Origin: Flectonema sp. DT1601 | Lineage: Eukaryota | Assembly: GCA_964019425.1 (NCBI GenBank) | Contig: OZ025804.1 | Coordinates: forward strand, 992,001-1,056,000 | Length of the DNA stretch: 64,000 nucleotides | Direction of reading: 5' to 3' | Part shown: piece by piece, positions 1 to 11,174 of the stretch | Numbering within the stretch: position 1 is the first letter of the stretch | Layout of the letters: each line of letters begins with the position of its first letter | Translations under genes and position numbers: made by a program | The notes under the pieces: generated by a model | Seen by the model: the letters and a program-made list of their open reading frames with translations, nothing else | What the model was told of the DNA's origin: nothing | The model's database searches: none

Positions 1-1557
1 AAAAAAGGGAAAGAAAGAACGCCACATCGGAAAAAGACTTTTATGCGAAAAGAAAAAAACAGAAAAAAGAGGGGAGGTAACAAGGAACAACATTCTATCT
101 CAGACAACCTTGACTGTCAGTGGTAGCGTAGTAAATGACTGTGAACACAGTTGAGCGCCCACTTGCCTATGTTACCACAACAGTTTTATAAAAAAAAACC
201 CAACGAGTATATATAAATTTAACTAAAAAAAAAAGAAAACGTCTTGAAAACATAACTATAGCCAACGAACACTAGAGAGGTAAATTGACGGTTATTAAAT
301 GATACGAGATCTGCAATGAATGAAAGTACAAGATGGCGAAACACGTCATGAACATGTTATAACTTCGCGCATCTCACTACTAACAAAAAATAACAACCCG
401 CAAAAAAAAAAAAAAAAAAGGAAAGGAAAGGAAAGGTGATAACCCGCATTTTACGGTCAACAGCCCATAAGTGGCAAAGTATCGCTACACTCCACTCCCC
501 CCTCCGCTGTCACAAATGTAAATCAAAATACCCTCCTCGCTAGTCACTATAATTAAACTTCCCCTGGGGCGACGGGATTAGAATTTAAAAGAGGGAAAAG
601 AAAGATTGTCTTCGATCATGCTGCTCCAAAATTAAAAAAAGGGGCGAGCAGAACAACTCTCATAATTGGGGGGAAAGATCACACACAGATATATTCATCG
701 TGATTTTTGAGTCACTTTTAAAAAAAAAAAAATCTCACATTCTCTTCATAATGTTAAAGAGTTACAATGTAAGTGTTTTGTTATAAAATAGTACGCACTG
801 AAATCAAAGATTTATAAAAAAGAAAAAAGAAGAACAAAAACTATATCCATGTTACATGTCATCCTTAGGCTTCTTGTCAGTAATTTTCTTTCACATCTAC
901 TGCTCGAGCCGGTCGGTAACACAATTAACAGATACTAATAACAAATGGAAAGCTCGAGGGTTCCTAATTTTTTTTTTTTTTTTTTTTTTTTGTGCTGTTA
1001 TAAAACAAAAATTCCACGACTCTCTCCTCCGAGTTGCAATATGAGTTTATTATAAAAAAGTGCACTAAAATAAAATATAAAAAAGAAAATTTATAAAAAC
1101 ACATTGTTCTGCTGTTCCATAATACACTTGTGGAATACGTAGTTTCAGGAGCCTTAATCTTATACTACTTCACTCTCCTCCGAGTTGCTTATATTCGTTG
1201 AATGGGGCAGTCTTAACATCATATTAGAAAAAAGAGAGAAAAGAACTTATAATTATGGTACTTTTAAAAAAAAAAAAAAACACACATTACACCGACGTTT
1301 TTTTGTGTTCGTTTTTTTTTTTTTTTTTTTTTTGTTTGTCGAAAAATGCTTAAAGCAAAACAAAACAAAACAAGAATAGTTTTTATATTTAAAATAAGAA
1401 AAAAGAATAATCCCTATGTGTCCATGCCAATACGATTGACGTAGAGCTGAGAGGGTAGGAGTCCACACAGAACGCCTTAACAAAGTAAATCCACAGCCTG
1501 CTGCAACACCACAACAAAGAAAAAGATTGAGATTTGCAATAGATCGTTTTTTTTTTT

Positions 1558-1708
1558 AATCCGTCAGCGAGCATCAATTGGTACACAAGTCCAACAGCAG
1601 GGCCCCACTACCACCGAGGAAACCCGATGTGAACTTGTACTCTGGATCCAACTACGAGCTTTTTAACAGCAGCAATATTTATATACGCTATTGATGCTGT
1701 AAATACCG
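1558..1708 (-). pseudogene. Isolated degenerate 18S (SSU) rRNA fragment (conserved block preceding V4 plus probable start of V4)
   Basis: Minus strand reads CGGTATTTACAGCATCAATAGCGTATATAAATATTGCTGCTGTTAAAAAGCTCGTAGTTGGAT (1644-1708), matching the universal eukaryotic SSU motif CGGTAATTCCAGCTCCAATAGCGTATATT...GTTAAAAAGCTCGTAGTTG with several substitutions. No other rDNA nearby. The lower boundary is a guess. Confidence 0.8.
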
Positions 1709-2979
1709 TCTTCATGATATTCAGGAAGAGAGTCCAGAGGAAAAAGAGGGTCGCAAAAAAAAAAAAAAAAAAAACAACAACAACGCAAGAAGAGAGCATT
1801 TTAAAGGAAAAGCGCGAGTGTGCTTTTTTTTTTTTTTTTTTTTTTTTCTGAAAAAAAACAACAGTTTTTGTCATAGAAAGACTTCCCCTCCCCCCCCCCT
1901 CTCTATATAAGGCAAGATCCAGTAATTGATTTGAATGACTTTCCTTCACAAATACTAAAGAAGTTGTTTTCACAATACAGGAACAGGAGAGAAATATATT
2001 ATCAAGACGATGGTAAGTCGGAATCATCCTCGAGTCGTGGATGTAACTTGAAGGGACTTGGAATAAAAGATGTATAAAATAGAAACAAGAAACCGAAGAA
2101 TACTGCTGAATGTTTTTTTTTTTTTTTTTTTTTTTCTTCCCATTCTCTTTTTCTAAACATATCGCAAACACACGCGGGGAAAAAAAAAAAAAAATCGGAA
2201 GGAGATTAAAAGAACAAGAAAACTATTTACCTTCCGACTGAGGTTAGGCTTAATTGCATTTTTATTCACCCTCCTCACATTGGGTTTTATTATAAATAGA
2301 TGTGTTCTGTGATTGCCAACTCTATCTAATCAAATCAAATCAAAAAAAAAAAAAAAAAATGGGAAAAATAACATCTGATTTCAGTAGCTACAACAATCGA
2401 GTACTCACCGAAAGAGAAACAACCTCATATTCTATAGTAACATTAAGGTTATAACGTTTAAACACGAGAAAAAAAAAAAAAAGAAAAAAAAAGAAAGAAA
2501 AAAGTCACTTTTGATTACAGGGAATTTTTCACAATTAAACAACCGGTGGTGATATTAAACGTTTTTATTTAAAAAAAATTTTAAAAAAAAAAAAAAAAAA
2601 GGAAAAAATGCCACCTCGCAAAAAAGGAAGAAAAAAAGAAAGAAAAAAAACATAAAATTCGGAGATGCTCTTATTATTGATATAAAAAATAATTGGCTTT
2701 TTAACTTGAACTATACATTGAAAAAAATACACTTCGTTTGATGTTTTTTTTTTGTTTGTTTGTTTGTGGGTAAGAATTCTGTGGCATTTTCCTTCTTCCA
2801 CTTGCTTCTACTTTCTTCAACCAGCTTTCCCAGCCAAATAAAATTCCTTACGGAGTTTGTTTGTTTGTTTGCGTCACGAAAAAAACCCATTCACCGACTT
2901 AAAACTGATAAAAAGCTAAAAGGAGGTTTACGTGTGCATCCCTATTTCAGACCTTTTTTGTAAACCAAACGTGTTCTGA

Positions 2980-4344
2980 TCAAGGAGAATAACTGGATCT
3001 GCGATCTTTATTTTCTTTAAATATCGTATGTGGGGTACTAACATGAGCGAATAGACTGACTGTCGGGTCAAGAGAGTGAGCTTGTTGCATAGCTGATGAT
3101 GTTCTGGACGGAATTGCTGCTGAAGGGAATCGTCCTTCAGCAGAATTAAAAGACTTATAAGACCTGGCAAACGGATCAAGTCCTGCAGGCAGATCCTCTG
3201 TATCGCCATCAACAGACCCTTCATAACTTAGTCTTGTTTCTCCTTCTTGTTCTTCCTTCCCGTGAATGAGGTATTGCCTTTCATCATTGGTAGAAGCATC
3301 CACCCATTTTTCAAATCTTTTTGAGTCTCTCTTCGCTCTTCTTCTTAAACAGTATCTCCAAATAATAACACTCGCTACAGTAATATACAACACTCCTAAA
3401 CAGCTGATAAGTGCGATCACCCAGGTACTCTTCCAGAATGATCCCGAACTAGAACACGACGTCGCTTCTTTATCAATCCAGGCAGAAATAGAAATCTTCG
3501 GCAGAGGACAATCCCAAGAGTTGCCTGACAGAGTTAGTTGTGACAGCATCCCAGCTGTTGAGTTTCCGAAGATATTTTCAAATTTTGGAATCTTTCCAGT
3601 CAAACTGTTTGTGTCTACGAACAGCATTGTTAAGTTTAGAGAAGTAGTAAATCCTTTAGGCAACGTACCACTAAAATCATTTCCATACATCAAAGCAACT
3701 GAAAGTGATTGCGATGCTGCGAGTGATTCAGGGATCGTTCCACTGAAGTCATTTCCAAAAATAACTATTTCTTCGATGGAATCGAAAGTCACATTTGGAA
3801 ACAACCCTTCAAAAGAATTCTGACTAAGATCTACCATTGTTATCTCAGACGCTTCTGAGAGAATATTTCCTACAGTCCCTCGCAGTGTATTTGAAGATAA
3901 GTTAAGACGACTCAGTGAAGTCATGGTTGACATTGACTGATGTAACGTACCTGATAAACTATTAGACCCTAAGTCTATAGTCTGTAATGAAGAAGGAAAG
4001 TGTTTTGGAATCTCTCCAGTCAAACTGTTACTCCCTAATACAAGTGATTCAAGAAAAGATAAACCAGACATATCGACAGGGAGAGTTCCAGACAGCCCAG
4101 CTGAAGTAATGTTAATTGACGTCACCTGTTCTGTTGTATTACACGAAACTCCAAACCAACCAATCTGTGCAGAGTCTGGACATGGAGGTCCAATCCCCCA
4201 TCCTAACTCTATCTGCGATCTCACATCAAACATATCCAACATCACTCTAATCTGTGACGTGATGTCAGAGCTGTTTATCTTTATCTCTCCACAGCTGACT
4301 AATGATACACATGTTAGCAGTAAAGATAAGTCGATTACATTCAT
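2980..4344 (-). CDS. LRR receptor-like type I membrane protein (plant-type LRRNT plus LRRs, one TM, no kinase)
   Basis: Signal peptide from MNVIDLSLLL; LRRNT-like W..PC..WFGVSC; repeats LxxLxLxxNxLxGxxP; cap NSWDC; TM WVIALISCLGVLYITVASVIIW followed by RRR. ATG at 4344 is preceded by a pyrimidine tract plus CAG. Confidence 0.9.
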   Translation of the reverse strand: MNVIDLSLLLTCVSLVSCGEIKINSSDITSQIRVMLDMFDVRSQIELGWGIGPPCPDSAQIGWFGVSCNTTEQVTSINITSAGLSGTLPVDMSGLSFLESLVLGSNSLTGEIPKHFPSSLQTIDLGSNSLSGTLHQSMSTMTSLSRLNLSSNTLRGTVGNILSEASEITMVDLSQNSFEGLFPNVTFDSIEEIVIFGNDFSGTIPESLAASQSLSVALMYGNDFSGTLPKGFTTSLNLTMLFVDTNSLTGKIPKFENIFGNSTAGMLSQLTLSGNSWDCPLPKISISAWIDKEATSCSSSGSFWKSTWVIALISCLGVLYITVASVIIWRYCLRRRAKRDSKRFEKWVDASTNDERQYLIHGKEEQEGETRLSYEGSVDGDTEDLPAGLDPFARSYKSFNSAEGRFPSAAIPSRTSSAMQQAHSLDPTVSLFAHVSTPHTIFKENKDRRSSYSP

Positions 4345-4743
4345 TATATAATTACTGAAAGGGGGAGAGAGAGTGAGTGTGATCGTTTGTTTCACAAATA
4401 TAATACCAAACTCGTAATAAAGTTAAACAGAGATGAGTGATTGCTGGCAGTATTTCCATCTAAATCGTGTCAACTTTTGACGAAGAATTTAAACATCTTT
4501 CTGATTGACAGAATCTGTTTTAAAAAAAAGTATTAAAAAAAAAAAAGGGTAATTCACTCCAATAGGCTGGGTATGAAAATATAATTGGCGCTCACAACGC
4601 GTCCCGTCTTCACTTTAATTGATTAATCATATTAACAATTCGATACAAAGATCTGAAGAGATCTCTTCTATCTCTTCCATGGACGGTGACATAGTCGTCC
4701 CTAACTCTAAGTGCGAAGGCATTCATTACACGGAAGTATTTTC

Positions 4744-5523
4744 TTACTCACTACCTCTGTGAACCATGGCTCCAGCAAAACCAAACTTCTTTCCACTATC
4801 TGGAGCCGAATATGGAACGTGTCTGTTATCAACATATATAAAACACATATCATCGCAATATGCGATGTCTCGGACTCTCCATAATTTCTTTTTAAATATT
4901 TCATACGAACGGTTTATGATAAGTTGATGATGCTGATGCCAGAACGCTAACTCACTACCTTTAAAGGTTATGTACTTTGCTTGCAGGAATCTGGGATCGT
5001 CGGCAGCGTTTTGTTTTAAATTTCCGTGAGCGACGTCGTCTGAAGGAGCGGAGTGAAAATGTTTATTTCCGATACCAATTCTATTTCTATATTGTTCCTC
5101 AGTCTCGAAAACTATTCTCTGAGCAAAGTAATCAGCAAGCTCATGAAGCATTCTCTCTTGTTTCGGTTTTCTTTGTCTCTCCTCGTTAGCTTTTTTCGCT
5201 TCAACATACGGATCGTACACGATCTCAGATTTCCTTCCTAATTGTCTTGCTTCCTTTTCACGTAACCTGTCGAACATTTTAGGAGACGTTAAGGAAACTC
5301 TTTTAAACCCTTCCAACTTAGTTACGAAGTCTTCGGTATTAGAAATGCTTCTGAATTGTTCTCCATATTCACGTTGTTCTCTACTTATTGCTTTCATCAT
5401 TGCGACTCTCTGTGACTTACTCATGGGACGAATACCAGATCTCTGAACCACATTCCATCTTGAGGATGCATTTGATACTGCTAATTCTTTACAAAATCTT
5501 TTTGATGATCTTAGTGGCAGCAT
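4744..5523 (-). CDS. Hypothetical protein, possibly mitochondrial (basic, R/S-rich N-terminus)
   Basis: 259-aa ATG-initiated ORF with protein-like composition on the gene-bearing strand; no recognised domain. Confidence 0.7.
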   Translation of the reverse strand: MLPLRSSKRFCKELAVSNASSRWNVVQRSGIRPMSKSQRVAMMKAISREQREYGEQFRSISNTEDFVTKLEGFKRVSLTSPKMFDRLREKEARQLGRKSEIVYDPYVEAKKANEERQRKPKQERMLHELADYFAQRIVFETEEQYRNRIGIGNKHFHSAPSDDVAHGNLKQNAADDPRFLQAKYITFKGSELAFWHQHHQLIINRSYEIFKKKLWRVRDIAYCDDMCFIYVDNRHVPYSAPDSGKKFGFAGAMVHRGSE

Positions 5524-5955
5524 TTGTTACTTATTAATACCACTTGTTGGGGGGGAAATGACTTGATATAATGATTTCATATAAAGTTACCTGCAACTGA
5601 CTAAAACGAATATTATCGATAACGTCATACGAATTGGGAATATAAACGCCCCATGACCTGTAGCCCGTTACAGCTTAAACCTGTTGGGGGGGACTTGGAT
5701 AAATACATCTAGTGTTAATTAGACACGAATCATTATAACTGGATTCTGTCCACACAAAACTACTTGTTGAGCATCTCTTAAACCTGTTGGGGGATAGTTG
5801 AGTTGTTTTCAATATATTTATGAAGAAAAACTAAAATATCTGTATTGTACCGTAGAGGGGGAAGAAATAATCTAAATGTGCTAATCTAAAGGGGGAAAGG
5901 GAGAAGGGAAACAAAAAAAAAAAAAAAAAAAAAACGAAAGATGTTTCTATTCTCT

Positions 5956-8900
5956 TCAGCTTGATTCTCTCAGTGAAATTATTTCTCTAATTGCCACATG
6001 CGATGCCAACGGTATCATTTTTATTAAATCATCGCTGTCTCTAACTCCACAGAGTACCTTTCGGGATAGCGGAACACCAAACCAAATGAGTGCTGCTCTC
6101 TGCGGTAAACTTAAATTCAATTTAGAAATAAGAGCTGCGAGACCAGGACGAAGGTATTCCATCAGAACTCGATTCCCACGAGTCGTAATAATTGGAATGA
6201 AAGTATCCGACACTAATACTTGAGAATTATCAGATTCGTTCTTCAACTGAGAAAGTGTTATTTTTAAGTTCTCCAAACAAAATAAATTCATACTACACAA
6301 AGCGTAATCCAACGCGTGAGTGAGGATACTTTCAACAGAATCAACGTGACTGGCTTTCGATGATTTCTTAACCCATATTGTCCCGTCTTTATTAATGTTA
6401 ATTGGTTCTACTACTTGATAATGATATTCATTGTCAACTACTTCTATTTTTGTAAACTTTCCAGGAATTACACACGGGCTGCACATAGCAACACCATCTA
6501 GCTTAACATCAACTGGCACACTACTCCTCGATAGTATGTCTCTGGTCTGTAGAATACGAGGAATTGTCGCCAAGGCGTACAATGGTCTTAAGAATTGAGG
6601 ATGATACGTATTGTCTGTCGGACAATCAGGAAATCGAGGATAAAAAGATATCAACATGGCTGCGATAGCATGAGGAGACGTTGATAAGGTTCTATGACCA
6701 GCACCAAGATACAACAATCCAATTGACATACTCAGACACAAATGAGTTCCATAAGAAGTGTCTTTCTTCCGATGCAACTGCCGCAGTGATTTCGAAACGA
6801 CATTACAACCAGTCCCACTCATTACCATGCTGGCTGAGATGCAGGCAGAGTTTATACAAGGACCCAGTGTTCTTGAAGTTACGGTTGAACAGTGTTCAGA
6901 AACACTGTGTTGGTTGTCTAGTAGTTGTTGGAGGTATTTTAGTATCAAATCTCTTGTTGTAGTGCAACCAGATCCAGCGAATCGAAGACCCAATGAAAAC
7001 AAACAACCAGCAATAACATAAGAGTGTAGCAGTAAGATATGCTGAAAGGTTCCTGGTTCATACAAACATCTCAAATCTGAATTCGGATTATGTGAAGATG
7101 CCAACGCAGAGATAATAATCGGAGGAATCATTGATGAGACCCACTCAGAAGAAGGTTCGATATCATCCCATTTTAGTAAACAAGCGGCAATGATTCGAGT
7201 CATTGCTGAGTCTGGTCCAACTTGAAGCAGTAAAGGAGTTGTATCTGGTAGTAATAATGACTTGTAAATAATCATATTCCCTGATCCTAAAAACATCAGT
7301 CCCAAAGCAACAGCTGCAGCTGGAGCTGTTGAGGTTGAGTCTATCTGAGGACCTGTAACAACTCTACTACTCTGAATTTGATTAGTTCTATTTCCTCCCC
7401 ACAACAACGGGTCATCACTATCTTCATGGTTGTCGTTGTTATGTTTTCCAATTCCGTTTTGAGTTCTCGAAGTTGGGTTTAGAAGAGCTAACAGCCTATC
7501 CTTTATTCTCAAATCAGCTAAATGCCCAGGTTCCTCTTCAGTACCCTTCTTCAAACAAGTCAATCCCAAACTAAAACCAGCACACAACGCATATGATGGT
7601 AAGTTTGAAAAATGTTCATCGGAAGGAGAACGACTAAGCTCACCGATTATCATATCAGACATCAGTCTGTGACACGAACCCTGATACAGCCAACCTATCC
7701 CTAAAAGAGCTGCTGCTTGAATACCTGGAGCTGCATCTTGCTCTGAATAGTGTGGTGTTATTGGTGGCAAGTGAAGAGACAGCATTCCAGATACACGTTT
7801 ATCACAAGTACTTCTGTGGCAAACTGATAGACCAAGTAAAAGAGCTACTGTAGTTGCCTCATGTCTTGGAAGCATTAAAGAATATAACTCACTCCCTGAA
7901 AGGTACTCAAGATGGCCTAGCAGTCCAAGTCCGATTATAACACCAGCAGTTGACGCTGATGGTTGTCCAGAAGGAGAAACAGCATTAGCGACCCAATCTC
8001 TAATGTAAACTTTATCATGAGAGTGAAGCATGTCACTAACAGTTTGTAGTTTTAAAGCTGCAGAACATCCATTCATAAACTCAGGCCATTGAGTATAATC
8101 TGCTTGCATCGTACTAAGATCCAACGAAGTGTATGCTTGGTCTTTTGCACCCCTACCACAAAGTACTAATGGAGGGATTGACAAGGAAGCACCTGATAAT
8201 TTAAACATCGTTGAGAACGTCAGCATTCCTCTTCCACAGGGAAGTCCCATCACGCGATGTGATGCTTGGAGTAGTTCCTGTTGAACTTGTGCTGGATCTG
8301 TGTCCACAGAATTAGATGATGAAGAGAGTCTGATTGGAACAGCTGAACATAATATCGATTGCGCAATCGCAAGTCTTGCGTCACTTCCCCAGAGTAGCTT
8401 ATGTCCTATTGAAGGAGGTCCACTACCAACATCAACACCAAGAGTTGAATCTGTAATGCAACTAACTTCAGCCCTTGGTGGTTTCTTGTGAGTGTGTTTT
8501 AACTGACTGCTTGCTAACAATGGAGGAATTTTCCTGATTCGTTTCTTGTCAATATTCTCCTTGTCGTTACATGATGTTTTATTTGCTGCTAAATCTTCTC
8601 TACCGACACCTCGAAGCTCTTCGTTAGTCGCCTTCGATAGAAAGTTTTTGTTCTGTTGAAGAGAGAGAGCGGTCTGAAGAGACTTCGTAGACATTCCAAG
8701 ACCGTGTCCAAGGATCTCATCGAGGTGAGGAAGAGTTGGAAATCTTATTGTGGCCTTCCTCTGTTCTGGAGGAATACTGTTTTCAAAAAATCGATAAGCC
8801 GCAAGATCTGGAACCACTGATTGTAAACTAAACCAATCTGACTGCAGTACTCCAGAAACGATCTCATTCGCCTTAGCATCTCCAACTAAAGGAAGTACCT

Positions 8901-10323
8901 CAGAATCAGAATTGTGGTTTTCACCTCCGTAGTATTCGATATACTGACCCCAGTCAAGTACCTCTGACAATCTCTTTATAAATTTCCGAAGTTTTTCGAC
9001 CCCCCACTTCCACGCCGCTGATAATCTCATGTGTTCACATATCACATGAAGTATACATGTTATAATTTTTATTCTCGTTATTTCTTCAGCAGTCTGATTT
9101 GGTTTTGATTGGAGGGATGTGAATCCTGTTTGGTATTGCTCAGAGCAGAGACATGGTAGGATGTCTTCAGGGATGGTGATGGTATCAGGTGCATTGTTTG
9201 GTAAATCATTTCCGAGAAATAAATTGCAAAAAGCATCCCATTCACTACACTTTAACGTACTCGCACCCTCTATGACGTCACCAAGACAATCACAGACGAG
9301 TGATTCTCTCAAGAAAGTTGTAATGACTGATGTGAGTCGACATGTTAGTTCTGTCTTTATTTTAACTCTTGTATTCTTATTTATTAACAAACAATTTTGT
9401 GATATGAAATCTGTGGTTTGAACTGGAATTTGCAGTGCAATCCTCATCAAGATTCCCTGAGGTGAATTAAATACAGTAACCGTACTGAAATCTTCACCCA
9501 AGCATACCAACCTCCCCCTGTTAGGATCAGCACTTATATATGTGTAGGCTCCTGGTAATGGATTGCTTTGGTATCCCGTGTCTAAGCATATCACAGCCTT
9601 GGATTGAAGTAATATTATTAAACAGTTCTTAAAACAGTATTGCATTTTCAAAGCAGGTGTCCCAAGGTATAGTTCACTGTTTCCTCCGTTATTCAAATCT
9701 TTTTTATGAATCAGTTGAGGTCGGTTTTGCAAACCAACATTCGTGGAAACCACCGTCATGAGAGTAACGACCTCCCCAGAGAGGATTGCGATCGTATTTT
9801 CAGTTGGACAGTAAGCTGCATCGACTACACCTGTTGTTTGATTCCAAATTCCATGAATTGGTTTTGGTACTGAAAGTGGATGGACCAAATGAGCGATTAC
9901 AACTTTATCTGATACACCAGGTCCAATTAGGAGTGCTCCCATACCAGGCATTTCAACTATTTTTGTTACTGAGGTAACAGTTGGTAGCCTCGTAATAATC
10001 GGTCCTACAGTTGTATAGGTCGTTACTATATCGTCAGTCGCTACTATCAAACAATCTTTTTCAGTGTTAGTGCCAACAACGTCAATTAATCCACAGCTGG
10101 TGACTGTTCCTTCGGCTATTACTATTTCTGTTGTTGTAACTCCTCGTAGGATTCCAACGGTGTCGGAGTTGAGTACGTCACCTCTTTTTAAATATGTTGT
10201 TATCGTTTGATCATCTTCACCGTCTTGTCTGTCTTGTTTTTGAATTTCAACAGCCCCTCCTCCCAACATCATATCTCCCAACTCAAGAGCGATACTCTCG
10301 TCCACAGATGGATGAATAATCAT
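5956..10323 (-). CDS. APC1: Anaphase-promoting complex subunit 1
   Basis: PC-repeat region and APC1 motifs QWPEFMNGCSAALKL, LPCGRGMLT, AGCLFSLGLRFAGS, DNTYHPQFLRPLYALA. First ATG (MIIHPS) at 10323. Confidence 0.92.
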   Translation of the reverse strand: MIIHPSVDESIALELGDMMLGGGAVEIQKQDRQDGEDDQTITTYLKRGDVLNSDTVGILRGVTTTEIVIAEGTVTSCGLIDVVGTNTEKDCLIVATDDIVTTYTTVGPIITRLPTVTSVTKIVEMPGMGALLIGPGVSDKVVIAHLVHPLSVPKPIHGIWNQTTGVVDAAYCPTENTIAILSGEVVTLMTVVSTNVGLQNRPQLIHKKDLNNGGNSELYLGTPALKMQYCFKNCLIILLQSKAVICLDTGYQSNPLPGAYTYISADPNRGRLVCLGEDFSTVTVFNSPQGILMRIALQIPVQTTDFISQNCLLINKNTRVKIKTELTCRLTSVITTFLRESLVCDCLGDVIEGASTLKCSEWDAFCNLFLGNDLPNNAPDTITIPEDILPCLCSEQYQTGFTSLQSKPNQTAEEITRIKIITCILHVICEHMRLSAAWKWGVEKLRKFIKRLSEVLDWGQYIEYYGGENHNSDSEVLPLVGDAKANEIVSGVLQSDWFSLQSVVPDLAAYRFFENSIPPEQRKATIRFPTLPHLDEILGHGLGMSTKSLQTALSLQQNKNFLSKATNEELRGVGREDLAANKTSCNDKENIDKKRIRKIPPLLASSQLKHTHKKPPRAEVSCITDSTLGVDVGSGPPSIGHKLLWGSDARLAIAQSILCSAVPIRLSSSSNSVDTDPAQVQQELLQASHRVMGLPCGRGMLTFSTMFKLSGASLSIPPLVLCGRGAKDQAYTSLDLSTMQADYTQWPEFMNGCSAALKLQTVSDMLHSHDKVYIRDWVANAVSPSGQPSASTAGVIIGLGLLGHLEYLSGSELYSLMLPRHEATTVALLLGLSVCHRSTCDKRVSGMLSLHLPPITPHYSEQDAAPGIQAAALLGIGWLYQGSCHRLMSDMIIGELSRSPSDEHFSNLPSYALCAGFSLGLTCLKKGTEEEPGHLADLRIKDRLLALLNPTSRTQNGIGKHNNDNHEDSDDPLLWGGNRTNQIQSSRVVTGPQIDSTSTAPAAAVALGLMFLGSGNMIIYKSLLLPDTTPLLLQVGPDSAMTRIIAACLLKWDDIEPSSEWVSSMIPPIIISALASSHNPNSDLRCLYEPGTFQHILLLHSYVIAGCLFSLGLRFAGSGCTTTRDLILKYLQQLLDNQHSVSEHCSTVTSRTLGPCINSACISASMVMSGTGCNVVSKSLRQLHRKKDTSYGTHLCLSMSIGLLYLGAGHRTLSTSPHAIAAMLISFYPRFPDCPTDNTYHPQFLRPLYALATIPRILQTRDILSRSSVPVDVKLDGVAMCSPCVIPGKFTKIEVVDNEYHYQVVEPININKDGTIWVKKSSKASHVDSVESILTHALDYALCSMNLFCLENLKITLSQLKNESDNSQVLVSDTFIPIITTRGNRVLMEYLRPGLAALISKLNLSLPQRAALIWFGVPLSRKVLCGVRDSDDLIKMIPLASHVAIREIISLRESS

Positions 10324-10543
10324 TTTTTTTTCCTTTTTTCTTAATTGTTGTTTTTCACTGTCTTGTTTGCTTCTCTTCTTCAGGGGGGACTTGGATAAAT
10401 AAATCAAGGGTTTATACTCGCACCAAATTAGACATTAATCATTATAACTCGCATGCTTCTGGGGGGAATTTGATACAATACGAAAGGATCCAAGATTTAC
10501 TTTAGCCTTTTGTGTGTGATGACATATTATGAATGTCTTCTGT

Positions 10544-10600
10544 GGGGGTTAACTGTTTGATTTTGTACGTAAAATACAAATGTATTGAATCATAAAACAA
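10544..10600. repeat. Dispersed intergenic motif, core TTTTGTACGTAAAATACAA..GTATTG.ATCATAA
   Basis: Near-identical cores at 16103-16139 and 33363-33421; degenerate copy at about 37517-37565. Confidence 0.75.
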
Positions 10601-10729
10601 CATTAGTAATTCATAGACAGTTACTGTGGGGGGGTGCAATTGAACTATAAAAATAAAAGAGAAAAAAAAACTGTCGTGGAATACAAAATAAGCGATTAAG
10701 CAATGTGAACTAGAGAGGAAACTACAAAA

Positions 10730-10760
<31 letters not shown>

Positions 10761-11174
10761 GGAATAGATTTTGCATTGGGTTGTTGAAACTGATATTTAG
10801 TGGAGCTTATTGTGGGCTTCCCGCTAAGTATCCTTAGTTTCTAAAAGTGAGGGAGATAATTTATTTCATTTTTTTATTTTATTTATTTTTTTTCCCCTCC
10901 ACTGTGACCATTGCCACCAATCAAAGGTACACCTTTTGCGAGTGAGAAAGAAAAAAAAAGAAAAAAAAAAGATTCTCTCTCTCTCTCTCGCCTAGTATTT
11001 CCTTTTTTTTTTTGGCTGCAGGTCTACAACGATTATAATAATTAAGAAGAGAAATATTAAATAAATAAATAAATAAAGTTGACCGACTAAAGACAAAAAA
11101 ATAAACCATTTAAAATAAAATCAAACAACAGGTGTGTGTGTTGTGTGTTGTTGTGTCAATAGCCTTTAAATGGC

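Noticed and set aside
856..2963. Short F/K-rich ORFs in intergenic regions here and elsewhere (e.g. 37283-38026, 42923-44033, 51634-52773)
   Set aside because: Products of poly(A)/poly(T) tracts with no protein-like features.
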